Positions 41,973 through 49,579 of a stretch of 64,000 bases of DNA are shown here, in pieces (positions within the stretch are counted from its first letter, which is position 1; each line of letters starts with the position of its first letter). The notes below the pieces were generated by a model. The model saw only the letters and a program-made list of their open reading frames with translations. It had not been told where the DNA came from and searched no databases. Source of the stretch: an uncultured Chloroflexia bacterium. Lineage in GTDB: Bacteria; Chloroflexota; Limnocylindria; Limnocylindrales; CSP1-4. The translations under genes were made by a program, and so were the position numbers. The stretch is from contig CAVTML010000001.1 of the NCBI GenBank assembly GCA_963735865.1, forward strand, positions 313,023 through 377,022, read 5' to 3'.

Positions 41973-43067
41973 ATGCGCTCCCTCGTCTCGCTGACCATCG
42001 CCAACGTGCGCAGCTTCGTGCGCGACCGGGCCGCCCTCTTCTGGACGATCCTCTTCCCGGTCATCTTCATCGTCCTCTTCGGGGTCATCTTCTCGGGCGG
42101 CGGTTCCGGCTACAACCTGGGCATCGCCGACCAGGACAACACGCCGACCTCGCAGGGGCTCGTGGCCGCCTTCACCGCCGACGGGCCGCTCAAGCCGACC
42201 CCGGGCACCGCGGACGACCTGCTGGCGTCGATGAAGCTGGGCAAGGTGGATGCGGTCCTGGTCATCCCCAAGGGCTTCGGGGCAGCCTTCGCCTCGACGG
42301 CCGGTGCCACGGCCCCGCCGATGCAGCTGCCCCTGTACGTGGATCCATCCAACGCCTCCAGCGCGGCGGCGATCAGCCAGGTGGCGAGTGCCATCGAGGC
42401 CGGCTTCGAGCAGCACCTGAACCACGTGCGGCCCGTGGCGGCCATCCAGACGACCGATGTGCAGGGCGGCCAGCTGTCGGCGTCGGCCTTCTTCGTGCCC
42501 AGCATCCTGGCCATGGCCCTGATGCAGCTCGGCATCTTCAGCGCCATCCCGCTGGTCGAGCAGCGTGAGAAGAAGATCCTCAAGCGGCTGAGTGCGACTC
42601 CCCTGCCGCGCTGGGCCCTGGTCGGCAGCAACATCGTCCTGCGCCTCATCATCGCCGCCGCCCAGACGATCATCATCCTGGCCGTCGGGTCGCAGCTGTT
42701 CCAGGTGCGGGTGACGGGCAACCCGCTGGTCATCGCCGGCTTCATCGTCGTCGGCGCGATGGCCTTCACGGCCCTGGGCTACGTCATCGCCTCGTTCGCC
42801 CCGACCGAGGAGTCGGCCAACTTCATCGTCAGCGCCGTGCAGTTCCCGATGATGTTCCTGTCGGGCATCTTCTTCCCCCTTCAGGGCCTGCCCGACTGGC
42901 TGCACACCGTGGCCTCGTTCCTGCCCCTCACCTACCTCGGGGACGCGCTGCGCCAGACGATGGTCGGCGGCGTCCCCTTCGCCACGCTCCAGTTCGACGC
43001 CGTGGTGCTGGGCGGCTGGCTGATCGTCTGCCTCGTGATCTCGGCCCGCTACTTCCGCTGGACCTGA
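41973..43067 (+). CDS. ABC-2 type transporter permease
   Basis: One TM, extracellular domain, five TM; REKKILKRLSATPL, FLSGIFFP. Confidence 0.9.
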   Translation: MRSLVSLTIANVRSFVRDRAALFWTILFPVIFIVLFGVIFSGGGSGYNLGIADQDNTPTSQGLVAAFTADGPLKPTPGTADDLLASMKLGKVDAVLVIPKGFGAAFASTAGATAPPMQLPLYVDPSNASSAAAISQVASAIEAGFEQHLNHVRPVAAIQTTDVQGGQLSASAFFVPSILAMALMQLGIFSAIPLVEQREKKILKRLSATPLPRWALVGSNIVLRLIIAAAQTIIILAVGSQLFQVRVTGNPLVIAGFIVVGAMAFTALGYVIASFAPTEESANFIVSAVQFPMMFLSGIFFPLQGLPDWLHTVASFLPLTYLGDALRQTMVGGVPFATLQFDAVVLGGWLIVCLVISARYFRWT

Positions 43068-43076
43068 CCCGGGCGG

Positions 43077-44174
43077 TCAGCCCGCCAGCGTGATGACGCC
43101 CGTCTGGGCGTCGACGTGGATCGGCACCTCCGGCAGCGGGATGTTCGTCGGTCCGGCCAGCACCGCGCCGTGGTTCTTCGGATCGAAGGTCGCCCCATGG
43201 CAGGGGCAGAACAGCTCGCTGGACGCCGGATCGAAGCCGACCGTGCAGCCGGCGTGGGTACACACCGCGTCGTAGGCCACGGCCGTCCCGTCGCTGAGCA
43301 GCACGACGACGGCCGGATCACCGGCGAAGCTGCTGGCCTGGAACGGGATCTGGAAGTCGATGCTGCCCTGCTGGCGCAGACTGGCCAGCGTGCCGATCGC
43401 GCCCTTGGGGGTCGCCGCGGGCCCCGAGGGGATGGGCGCCGGTGAGGGGGTCGGCCGGGCCTGCAGCTCGGCCGTCAGGGAGTTGCGGCCGGGTTCCCCC
43501 AGCAGCCAGCCGAAGCCGCCGGTCAGGATAGCGGCCCCACCAAGCAACGCCCCCTGGATGAAGCGGCGGCGCTCGGGGTCGGCATCCGGCTCCTCCAGGC
43601 CCACCCCGACCAGCCAGCGGGTGACGCTCGCGCGGATCGTGTAGACGTTCCCGTCGCCGACGAGCGCCAGCGTCAGCCACCCGGCCGCGTATGGCAGATC
43701 GGGGCCCAGGTAGTAGGGGTGGATGGCGAACGACGCCGTGAGCCAGAGCAGGATCGCGATGGCGAAGCCACCCCACGCACTCGCCCGCGGCAGCAGGCCG
43801 GTCAGCGCCCCGAGGCCGACGGCGATCTCGGCGACCGCCATGCCCAGGCCGATGGGACCCACGAGTGGCTCGGCGATGAGCGTGATCAGCGGCGCCAGCG
43901 GTGAAGTATGGGCGAAGCCCTGGAGCTGGGCCAGCAGGCTGGTCGGCGCGGCCGAGTCCAGGAAGGTCGGGTCGAAGAGCACCTTGTCCAGGCCGGCGTA
44001 GACGAACGTCAGGCCCAGGAACAGGCGCAGCGGCAGCATCGCCAGCCCGATGCGGCGGTCCGCCGCGACCACGGCCGCCAGCTGCGCACGCCCGCGCGGC
44101 TGGGTGACGGTGGGCGCGCCGACGCCCGGATACGTGCGTGCGGGCCGCACCGTCCCCCGGTGCCGTTTGGGCAT
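43077..44174 (-). CDS. DoxX/DoxD membrane domain fused to Rieske 2Fe-2S domain
   Basis: LRLFLGLTFVYAGLDK (DoxX); internal RRRF motif; CTHAGC...CPCHG Rieske boxes. Confidence 0.88.
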   Translation of the reverse strand: MPKRHRGTVRPARTYPGVGAPTVTQPRGRAQLAAVVAADRRIGLAMLPLRLFLGLTFVYAGLDKVLFDPTFLDSAAPTSLLAQLQGFAHTSPLAPLITLIAEPLVGPIGLGMAVAEIAVGLGALTGLLPRASAWGGFAIAILLWLTASFAIHPYYLGPDLPYAAGWLTLALVGDGNVYTIRASVTRWLVGVGLEEPDADPERRRFIQGALLGGAAILTGGFGWLLGEPGRNSLTAELQARPTPSPAPIPSGPAATPKGAIGTLASLRQQGSIDFQIPFQASSFAGDPAVVVLLSDGTAVAYDAVCTHAGCTVGFDPASSELFCPCHGATFDPKNHGAVLAGPTNIPLPEVPIHVDAQTGVITLAG

Positions 44175-44259
44175 GTGCACATCGTGGCGCATCGGAGGTG
44201 GTGGGACGGTGGCGGAACGGTCAAGGAGCCGCAACCAGGCGGTGGCCTACCATCGGGCG

Positions 44260-45000
44260 ATGCGCGGCAGGCTGTGGGTCGGGACCAGCGGGTTCGCCTA
44301 TCCGGACTGGGCCCCGCGCTTCTACCCGCCGGGGCTTCGCGCCGACCAGCTCCTGTCGGCATACGCGGCACGCCTGCCGGCCGTGGAGTTGAACAACACC
44401 TTCTACGCCACGCCCTCGGCGGCACGCGTCGCCGCCTGGGCGGCCGGCGTGCCCGCGGACTTCAAATTCAGCGTGAAGGCGCAGCGCGGCGGCTCCATGT
44501 TCGCGTTGACCCGGGACCCGCAGGAGCCGCTGGCCCGCCTCCTGGCCGCGTACCGGGGATTCGCCACGCGACTGGGGACGGTCCTCTTCCGCGTACCGGC
44601 CCCGTTCCGGCGCGACGGCGCGGCCCTGGAACGGCTGCTCGCCGCGTGGCCGCGCGACGTGCCCCTGACGATGGAGTTCCAGGACGACTCGTGGCACGTC
44701 GACGAGGTGTACGAGCGGCTGCGCGCGGCGGGGGCGGCGCTGTGCATCACCGAGTTGCCGCCACTGGCCGACGCACCAGACCCCGATCCACCGATCGTGC
44801 GGCTGACGGGCCCCTTCCTGTACCTGCGCCTGCGGCGCGAGGACTACACAGGGGTCCAGCTCGCGGCCTGGGCCGACCGCCTCGAACCGTTCCTGGCCGA
44901 CGGCCGCGACGTGTTCGTCTTCTTCAGGCACGACCCGGTGGGACGGGGCGGCGAGCTGGCCCTGGCCTTCCGGGCCCTGCTGGAGCCCAGGTTCCCGTAG
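44260..45000 (+). CDS. DUF72 (YecE/UPF0759) protein
   Basis: VGTSGFAYPDW, VELNNTFY, FKFSVKA, YLRLR; TACCAT six nt before ATG. Confidence 0.88.
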   Translation: MRGRLWVGTSGFAYPDWAPRFYPPGLRADQLLSAYAARLPAVELNNTFYATPSAARVAAWAAGVPADFKFSVKAQRGGSMFALTRDPQEPLARLLAAYRGFATRLGTVLFRVPAPFRRDGAALERLLAAWPRDVPLTMEFQDDSWHVDEVYERLRAAGAALCITELPPLADAPDPDPPIVRLTGPFLYLRLRREDYTGVQLAAWADRLEPFLADGRDVFVFFRHDPVGRGGELALAFRALLEPRFP

Positions 45001-45002
45001 GG

Positions 45003-45917
45003 CTACATCCCGACCGGGTGCCAGACCGTCTTGAGCTCCAGGAAGGCCATGATCCACTCCGGCCGCTGCGCCGCCCGGTCGTCCAGCCAGTCGAACCGTT
45101 CGGCCTGACCGCGCGGCGCGCGAGCGACGCGCTTGACGTTTTCCATGGCGCTGGCCTCGACGGTCGCGAGGTCCTCCGGCGCGACACCCCAGGTGTCGAT
45201 CGCGTTGACGTCCATGTGGGAGGCGAGGACCGACACGAGCTCGCGGCGCCAGCCGGTCAGGATGTTGACCACGCCGGCGGGCACGTCGCTCGTGGCCAGG
45301 ACCTCGCCGAGCGTCACCGCCGGGAGGGGCCGCGACTCGGACGCCAGCACGACGGCACTGTTGCCCGCCACGAGCACGGGGGCGAGACGCGAGATGAGCC
45401 CGAGCAGGGATGAGGACTCGGGCGCCACGACGCCCACGACGCCGGTCGCCTCGGGGATGGTGAAGTCGAAGTACGGCGCCGCAACGGGGTTGGTCGTGCC
45501 GAGGACCTGGGCGATCTTGTCGGCCCAGCCGGCGTACCAGACCCAGCGGTCGATCGAGCGGTCGACCTGCTCGCGCGCGGCCGCCCCAGCCAGGCCTTCC
45601 GCCGCCGCCACCTCCGCCTCGAACTGGTCGCGGCGGCCCTCGAGCAGCTCCGCGACGCGATATAGGACCTGGCCGCGCAGCATGGCCGTCGCGGCGTCCC
45701 AGCCGGAGAAGGCACCACGGGCCGCGCGCACGGCGTCGCGCAGGTCCTTCTTGGAGGCTCGCACGGCGTTCGCCAAGGGCGCGCCATCGGGGGTCCGCAC
45801 GACGTACGACCGGCCCGACTCCGAACGGGGGAACGCGCCGCCCAGGTAGAGCTTGTAGGTCTTGCGGACGTCCAGGCGGGCGGCCTCGTCCGGCGTGTCG
45901 ATCGGGGTGCGCGGCAT
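45003..45917 (-). CDS. Short aldehyde dehydrogenase family protein (truncated ALDH partner)
   Basis: RLDVRKTYKLYLGGAFPRSESGR, WYAGWADK, ELKTVWHP; the FTGS/ELGGK/catalytic Cys region is absent. Confidence 0.88.
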   Translation of the reverse strand: MPRTPIDTPDEAARLDVRKTYKLYLGGAFPRSESGRSYVVRTPDGAPLANAVRASKKDLRDAVRAARGAFSGWDAATAMLRGQVLYRVAELLEGRRDQFEAEVAAAEGLAGAAAREQVDRSIDRWVWYAGWADKIAQVLGTTNPVAAPYFDFTIPEATGVVGVVAPESSSLLGLISRLAPVLVAGNSAVVLASESRPLPAVTLGEVLATSDVPAGVVNILTGWRRELVSVLASHMDVNAIDTWGVAPEDLATVEASAMENVKRVARAPRGQAERFDWLDDRAAQRPEWIMAFLELKTVWHPVGM

Positions 45918-47452
45918 CAGCGGTCCTCCAACCGGACGTAGGCCAGCAGGCCGGCCAGGCCGCCCTCGCGCCCGAAGCCCGACTCCTTGTAGCCCCCGAA
46001 CGGGCTGGTGGGGTCGAACCGGTTGAAGGTGTTGGCCCACACGACGCCGGCCCGCAGCCGTTTGGTCATGGCCAGGATGCGGCTGCCCTTCTCGGTCCAC
46101 ACGCCGGCCGACAGACCGTAGGCCGTGTTGTTGGCCTTCTCGATGGCCTCCTCGGGCGTGCGGAACGTCAGTGTCGACAGCACCGGCCCGAAGATCTCCT
46201 CCTGGGCGATGCGGCTGCTCTGGGCCACGTTCGTGAACAGGCTCGGGCGCACGAAATAGCCGCGGGCGGGCAGGTCGCAGGGTGGCTGGTACAGGTCGGC
46301 GCCCTCGGCGACTCCCGCCGCCACCAGCTCCTCGATACGCGCCAGCTGGGCCGCGTTGTTGATGGCCCCGATGTCCGTGTTCTTGTCGAGCGGATCGCCC
46401 ACCCGGAGCGTGCCAAGGCGGTCCTTCAGCTTCTCGATGAGCAGCTCGGCGATCGACTCCTGGACCAGCAGCCGGCTGCCGGCGCAGCAGACCTCGCCCT
46501 GGTTGAAGAAGATGCCGTTGACGATGCCTTCCACGGCCTGGTCGAGCGGCGCGTCGTCGAAGACGATATTGGCGGCCTTGCCGCCGAGCTCCAGGGTCAG
46601 GGCCTTGCCCGACCCGGCGATGGCCCGGCCGATCTCCTTGCCCACCGCCGTGGAGCCGGTGAAGGCCACCTTGTCGACATCCGGATGGGTGACCAGGGCC
46701 ATGCCGATCTCGCCCGGTCCCGTGACGATGTTGACGGTGCCGGGCGGCAGATCCGCCTGGCGGCAGACGTCGGCGAACAGGAGGGCCGTGAGCGGCGTCG
46801 AGCTGGCCGGCTTGAGCACGACCGTGTTGCCCGCGGCCAGGGCCGGCGCGATCTTCCAGGCCAGCATCAGGAGCGGGAAGTTCCAGGGGATCACCTGGGC
46901 GGCCACGCCGAGCGGGTGCGCCGTGCGGCCCGGGAAGGCGTAGTCCAGCTTGTCGGCCCATCCGGCGTAGTACCAGAAGTGGGCGGCCACGAGCGGGATG
47001 TCGACGTCCCGTGACTCCTTGATGGGCTTGCCCGAGTCGATCGTCTCGAGCACGGCGAACTCGCGGCTCCGCTCCTGGAGGATGCGGGCGACGCGGAAGA
47101 GGTACTTGGCGCGCTCGCGCGGGGGCAGCTGGCCCCAGGTCCGCCGCTGCGCGCGCCGTGCCGACGCCACTGCGGTGTCCACGTCCTCCGCGTTGGCCCG
47201 GGCGATCTCCGCGAGCGGCTCCTCCGTCGCCGGGTTCAGGTCGGTGAACCACTGGCCGCTCTTCGGGGCGACCTCCCGGCCGCCGATGAAGAGGCCGTAG
47301 CGCGCCTGGAGCTGCACGACGTCGCGCGACTCCGGCGCCGGCGCGTATTCCCAAGCCCCGGGAAGGCCCGGCGTCATTGCGGTCGTGGGCGTGGGCCCGG
47401 CGGCCGCCGTGACCCGGATGACCTGCTGTCGGGGAGCTCGCGAGGGGCTCAT
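45917..47452 (-). CDS. Aldehyde dehydrogenase
   Basis: IPWNFP, FTGST, LELGGK, GEVCCAG, EEIFGPV, FGGYKESGFGRE. Confidence 0.95.
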   Translation of the reverse strand: MSPSRAPRQQVIRVTAAAGPTPTTAMTPGLPGAWEYAPAPESRDVVQLQARYGLFIGGREVAPKSGQWFTDLNPATEEPLAEIARANAEDVDTAVASARRAQRRTWGQLPPRERAKYLFRVARILQERSREFAVLETIDSGKPIKESRDVDIPLVAAHFWYYAGWADKLDYAFPGRTAHPLGVAAQVIPWNFPLLMLAWKIAPALAAGNTVVLKPASSTPLTALLFADVCRQADLPPGTVNIVTGPGEIGMALVTHPDVDKVAFTGSTAVGKEIGRAIAGSGKALTLELGGKAANIVFDDAPLDQAVEGIVNGIFFNQGEVCCAGSRLLVQESIAELLIEKLKDRLGTLRVGDPLDKNTDIGAINNAAQLARIEELVAAGVAEGADLYQPPCDLPARGYFVRPSLFTNVAQSSRIAQEEIFGPVLSTLTFRTPEEAIEKANNTAYGLSAGVWTEKGSRILAMTKRLRAGVVWANTFNRFDPTSPFGGYKESGFGREGGLAGLLAYVRLEDR

Positions 47453-47504
47453 CAGGGTACAAGCCTAGCGCGTCTGTTGGGTTCGCGCCAGTGGCCGAGA
47501 TGTC

Positions 47505-47524
47505 ATGTGACCTGGCGGTCACAT
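47505..47524. promoter_or_regulatory. Operator-like palindrome upstream of the ALDH operon
   Basis: ATGTGAC-n6-GTCACAT; matches the site at 49252-49269. Confidence 0.6.
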
Positions 47525-47567
47525 AGTGCCTGATGCTCGCAGACCCATTTGCCCCGCGTCCTACCTG

Positions 47568-47589
47568 CTGATGCTCTTGAAGGCATCAG
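47568..47589. repeat. 22-bp REP-like hairpin, left of XRE gene
   Basis: CTGATGCTCTTGAAGGCATCAG; 20/22 identical to the reverse complement of 48059-48080; degenerate copy at 47530-47551. Confidence 0.75.
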
Positions 47590-47600
47590 GCCGGAGCGAA

Positions 47601-47960
47601 TCACGACGGACGGCCGTCCTGGTGTCGAGGTCGCTTCCGCAGGATCTGCTCGAGCTGTGGGGTGGTCGGGCCATCACCCGACGCCGCGATCTCCCGGATG
47701 GCGTCCCCGCCGTCATACGCGAGTGCAAGAAGGACCGCCTCGTCGGCCTTGAGCGCCCAGGCCAGGCGGCCGAGCGTGCTCAGCTGCATGCCCACGACGC
47801 GGCCGTTCTCGAGGCGGGAGATGATCGACTGATTGACGCCGCTGATTCGCTCCAGATCGCGCTGGCTCCAGGCGCGCCCCAGCCGCCACTCCCGCAGCAG
47901 CTGCCCTAGTGAGGCACCGCGCCGCGCTTCCGGTGGTATCGGTGGCCGGTAACCCCACAT
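47601..47960 (-). CDS. XRE-family helix-turn-helix protein
   Basis: LREWRLGRAWSQRDLERISGVNQSIISRLENG; TTCAAT six nt before ATG. Confidence 0.85.
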   Translation of the reverse strand: MWGYRPPIPPEARRGASLGQLLREWRLGRAWSQRDLERISGVNQSIISRLENGRVVGMQLSTLGRLAWALKADEAVLLALAYDGGDAIREIAASGDGPTTPQLEQILRKRPRHQDGRPS

Positions 47961-48058
47961 GGCCGCATTGAAACGGGTGCGCCTTCACACGCACTTACCG
48001 TGGCATGTCCCGGTGCTTCGCCAGGAATTGGCGTGAGGTTCACCGTTCCCGCCCGGCG

Positions 48059-48080
48059 CTGATGACTTCGAGAGCATCAG
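48059..48080. repeat. 22-bp REP-like hairpin, right of XRE gene (inverted)
   Basis: CTGATGACTTCGAGAGCATCAG. Confidence 0.75.
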
Positions 48081-48157
48081 CGGGGAGGGTTCGTTTCCTT
48101 TTCGTGCTCACGGACCGCGGCTCGGGGTCCCGTGGGAGCCCGGCGCCTGGCGGACGA

Positions 48158-48208
48158 GCCCCGCGCCCGAGTCGGCCCCGCGCCCGAGTCGGCCCCGCGC
48201 CCGCGTCA
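48158..48208. repeat. 17-bp tandem repeat, three units
   Basis: GCCCCGCGCCCGAGTCG twice, then GCCCCGCGCCCGCGTCA ending at the deoC stop. Confidence 0.8.
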
Positions 48209-49207
48209 GTCGAGCGTGAAGTAGTCGCCGCCGGAGTACCGGCCGGTGCGCTCCTTGCGGATCTGCATGAGGATGTCGTTGAGGAGCGAGCTGGCCCCGA
48301 AACGGAAGCGCTCGGGCGTCATCCAGCGCGCGCCAAGCGTCTCGTAGAGCACCACGAGGTAGGCGATGGCCTCCTTGGCGGTGCGGATCCCGCCGGCCGG
48401 TTTCATGCCCACGGCACGGCCGGTCTGGCGCTCGAAATCGCGGATCGCCTCGAGCATCACGAGCGCCACGGGCAGCGTTGCCGCCGGCACGACCTTGCCG
48501 GTCGATGTCTTGATGAAGTCGGCCCCCGCCGCCATCGCCAGGATGCTGGCGCGCCGCACGTTGTCCAGTGTCTCCAGTTCACCGGTCTCGAGGATGACCT
48601 TGAGGTGCGCCGCGCCCGCGGCCGCCTTGACGGCCACGATCTCGTCGAAGACCGTGCCGTAGTCGCCGGACAGGAACGCCCCACGGTCGATGACCATGTC
48701 GATCTCGTCGGCTCCGGCCGCAGCCGCCTGGCGCGTCTCCTCGACCTTGATGTCCATGAACGTCTGGCCGGACGGAAAGCCGGTCGCCACGCTCGCCACG
48801 CGGACCCCGCTGTCGCGCAGGGCCGCCCGTGCATCACGGATCCGGGCAGGATAGACGCAGATCGCGGCCACGCTGGGGATCGACGGATCCGCCGGGTCGG
48901 GCCGGATCGCCTTCTGGCAGAGGGCATGGACCTTGCCCGGCGTGTCCTTCCCTTCGAGCGTGGTCAGATCGATCATGCGGATGGCCAGGTCCAGCGCCCA
49001 TAGCTTGCTGTCGCGCTTGATCGACCGTTTGGCCAGGCTCCCGACCCGCTCGACCACGGCGACCTGGTCGACGCCGCCGACCCGGCCCAGCCAGCCGCCG
49101 AGGCCACCGGCGTGCCCATCCCAGGCCCGCACGAGCGCCTGGGCCTCATGCGTCGCCCGTTCCTGGGCCGCCCGCTGATCGGATCCAAGGTGCTCGATGG
49201 TGGTCAC
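48206..49207 (-). CDS. deoC: Deoxyribose-phosphate aldolase
   Basis: IDLTTLEG, VATGFPSG, EIDMV, LKVILETGEL, FIKTSTGK, KPAGGIR, RFGASSLL; TACGAT six nt before GTG 49207. Confidence 0.95.
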   Translation of the reverse strand: MTTIEHLGSDQRAAQERATHEAQALVRAWDGHAGGLGGWLGRVGGVDQVAVVERVGSLAKRSIKRDSKLWALDLAIRMIDLTTLEGKDTPGKVHALCQKAIRPDPADPSIPSVAAICVYPARIRDARAALRDSGVRVASVATGFPSGQTFMDIKVEETRQAAAAGADEIDMVIDRGAFLSGDYGTVFDEIVAVKAAAGAAHLKVILETGELETLDNVRRASILAMAAGADFIKTSTGKVVPAATLPVALVMLEAIRDFERQTGRAVGMKPAGGIRTAKEAIAYLVVLYETLGARWMTPERFRFGASSLLNDILMQIRKERTGRYSGGDYFTLD

Positions 49208-49251
49208 GACCCTATCGTACACCCGGCCTCATGGACGGCGGACCACTGGAT

Positions 49252-49269
49252 ATGTGACTATGTGGTCAC
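49252..49269. promoter_or_regulatory. Probable autoregulatory operator of the ArsR-family gene
   Basis: ATGTGAC-TATGTG-GTCAC immediately before ATG 49271. Confidence 0.6.
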
Positions 49270-49270
49270 C

Positions 49271-49579
49271 ATGCCACCAGCCCAGACGGATCCGGTGAGC
49301 CTCGTGGCCTCAGCGGTCGCCGACCCCACGCGCCGGCTTCTGCTGGAGCGCCTCATCGCGACGCCGGGCATGACCAGCGGGGAGCTGGCCGCGCTGGTCC
49401 CGCAGCACACCCGTTTCGCCGTCCTGAAGCACATCCGCGTGCTGGAGAGCGCCGGCCTCGTGCGCGTCATGCACGACGGCCGGCGGCGGCGTCACTTCGC
49501 CGAGCGGGCCGCCTTCGCCGAGCTGCGGGCGTGGATGGAGCGGATCGGCGGGAGTCCGCGCCGGCGCGCCACCAGGTAG
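49271..49579 (+). CDS. ArsR/SmtB-family winged-helix regulator
   Basis: AVADPTRRLLLERL...FAVLKHIRVLESAGLV...GRRR. Confidence 0.82.
   Translation: MPPAQTDPVSLVASAVADPTRRLLLERLIATPGMTSGELAALVPQHTRFAVLKHIRVLESAGLVRVMHDGRRRRHFAERAAFAELRAWMERIGGSPRRRATR

Noticed and set aside
45003-47522. 839-aa ORF suggesting a fused double ALDH
   Set aside because: Only the last 304 aa are ALDH-like; the upstream part is an off-frame reading of the separate 45917-47452 gene.
47505-47524. CRP/FNR or Rex site
   Set aside because: Half-site spacing is N8 rather than N6.
49492-49579. 88-bp convergent overlap of the ArsR and S9 peptidase genes as an antisense system
   Set aside because: It involves only low-complexity C-terminal tails, which is common in GC-rich genomes; the copA/NiCoT and CHAD/Ddn pairs show similar short overlaps.
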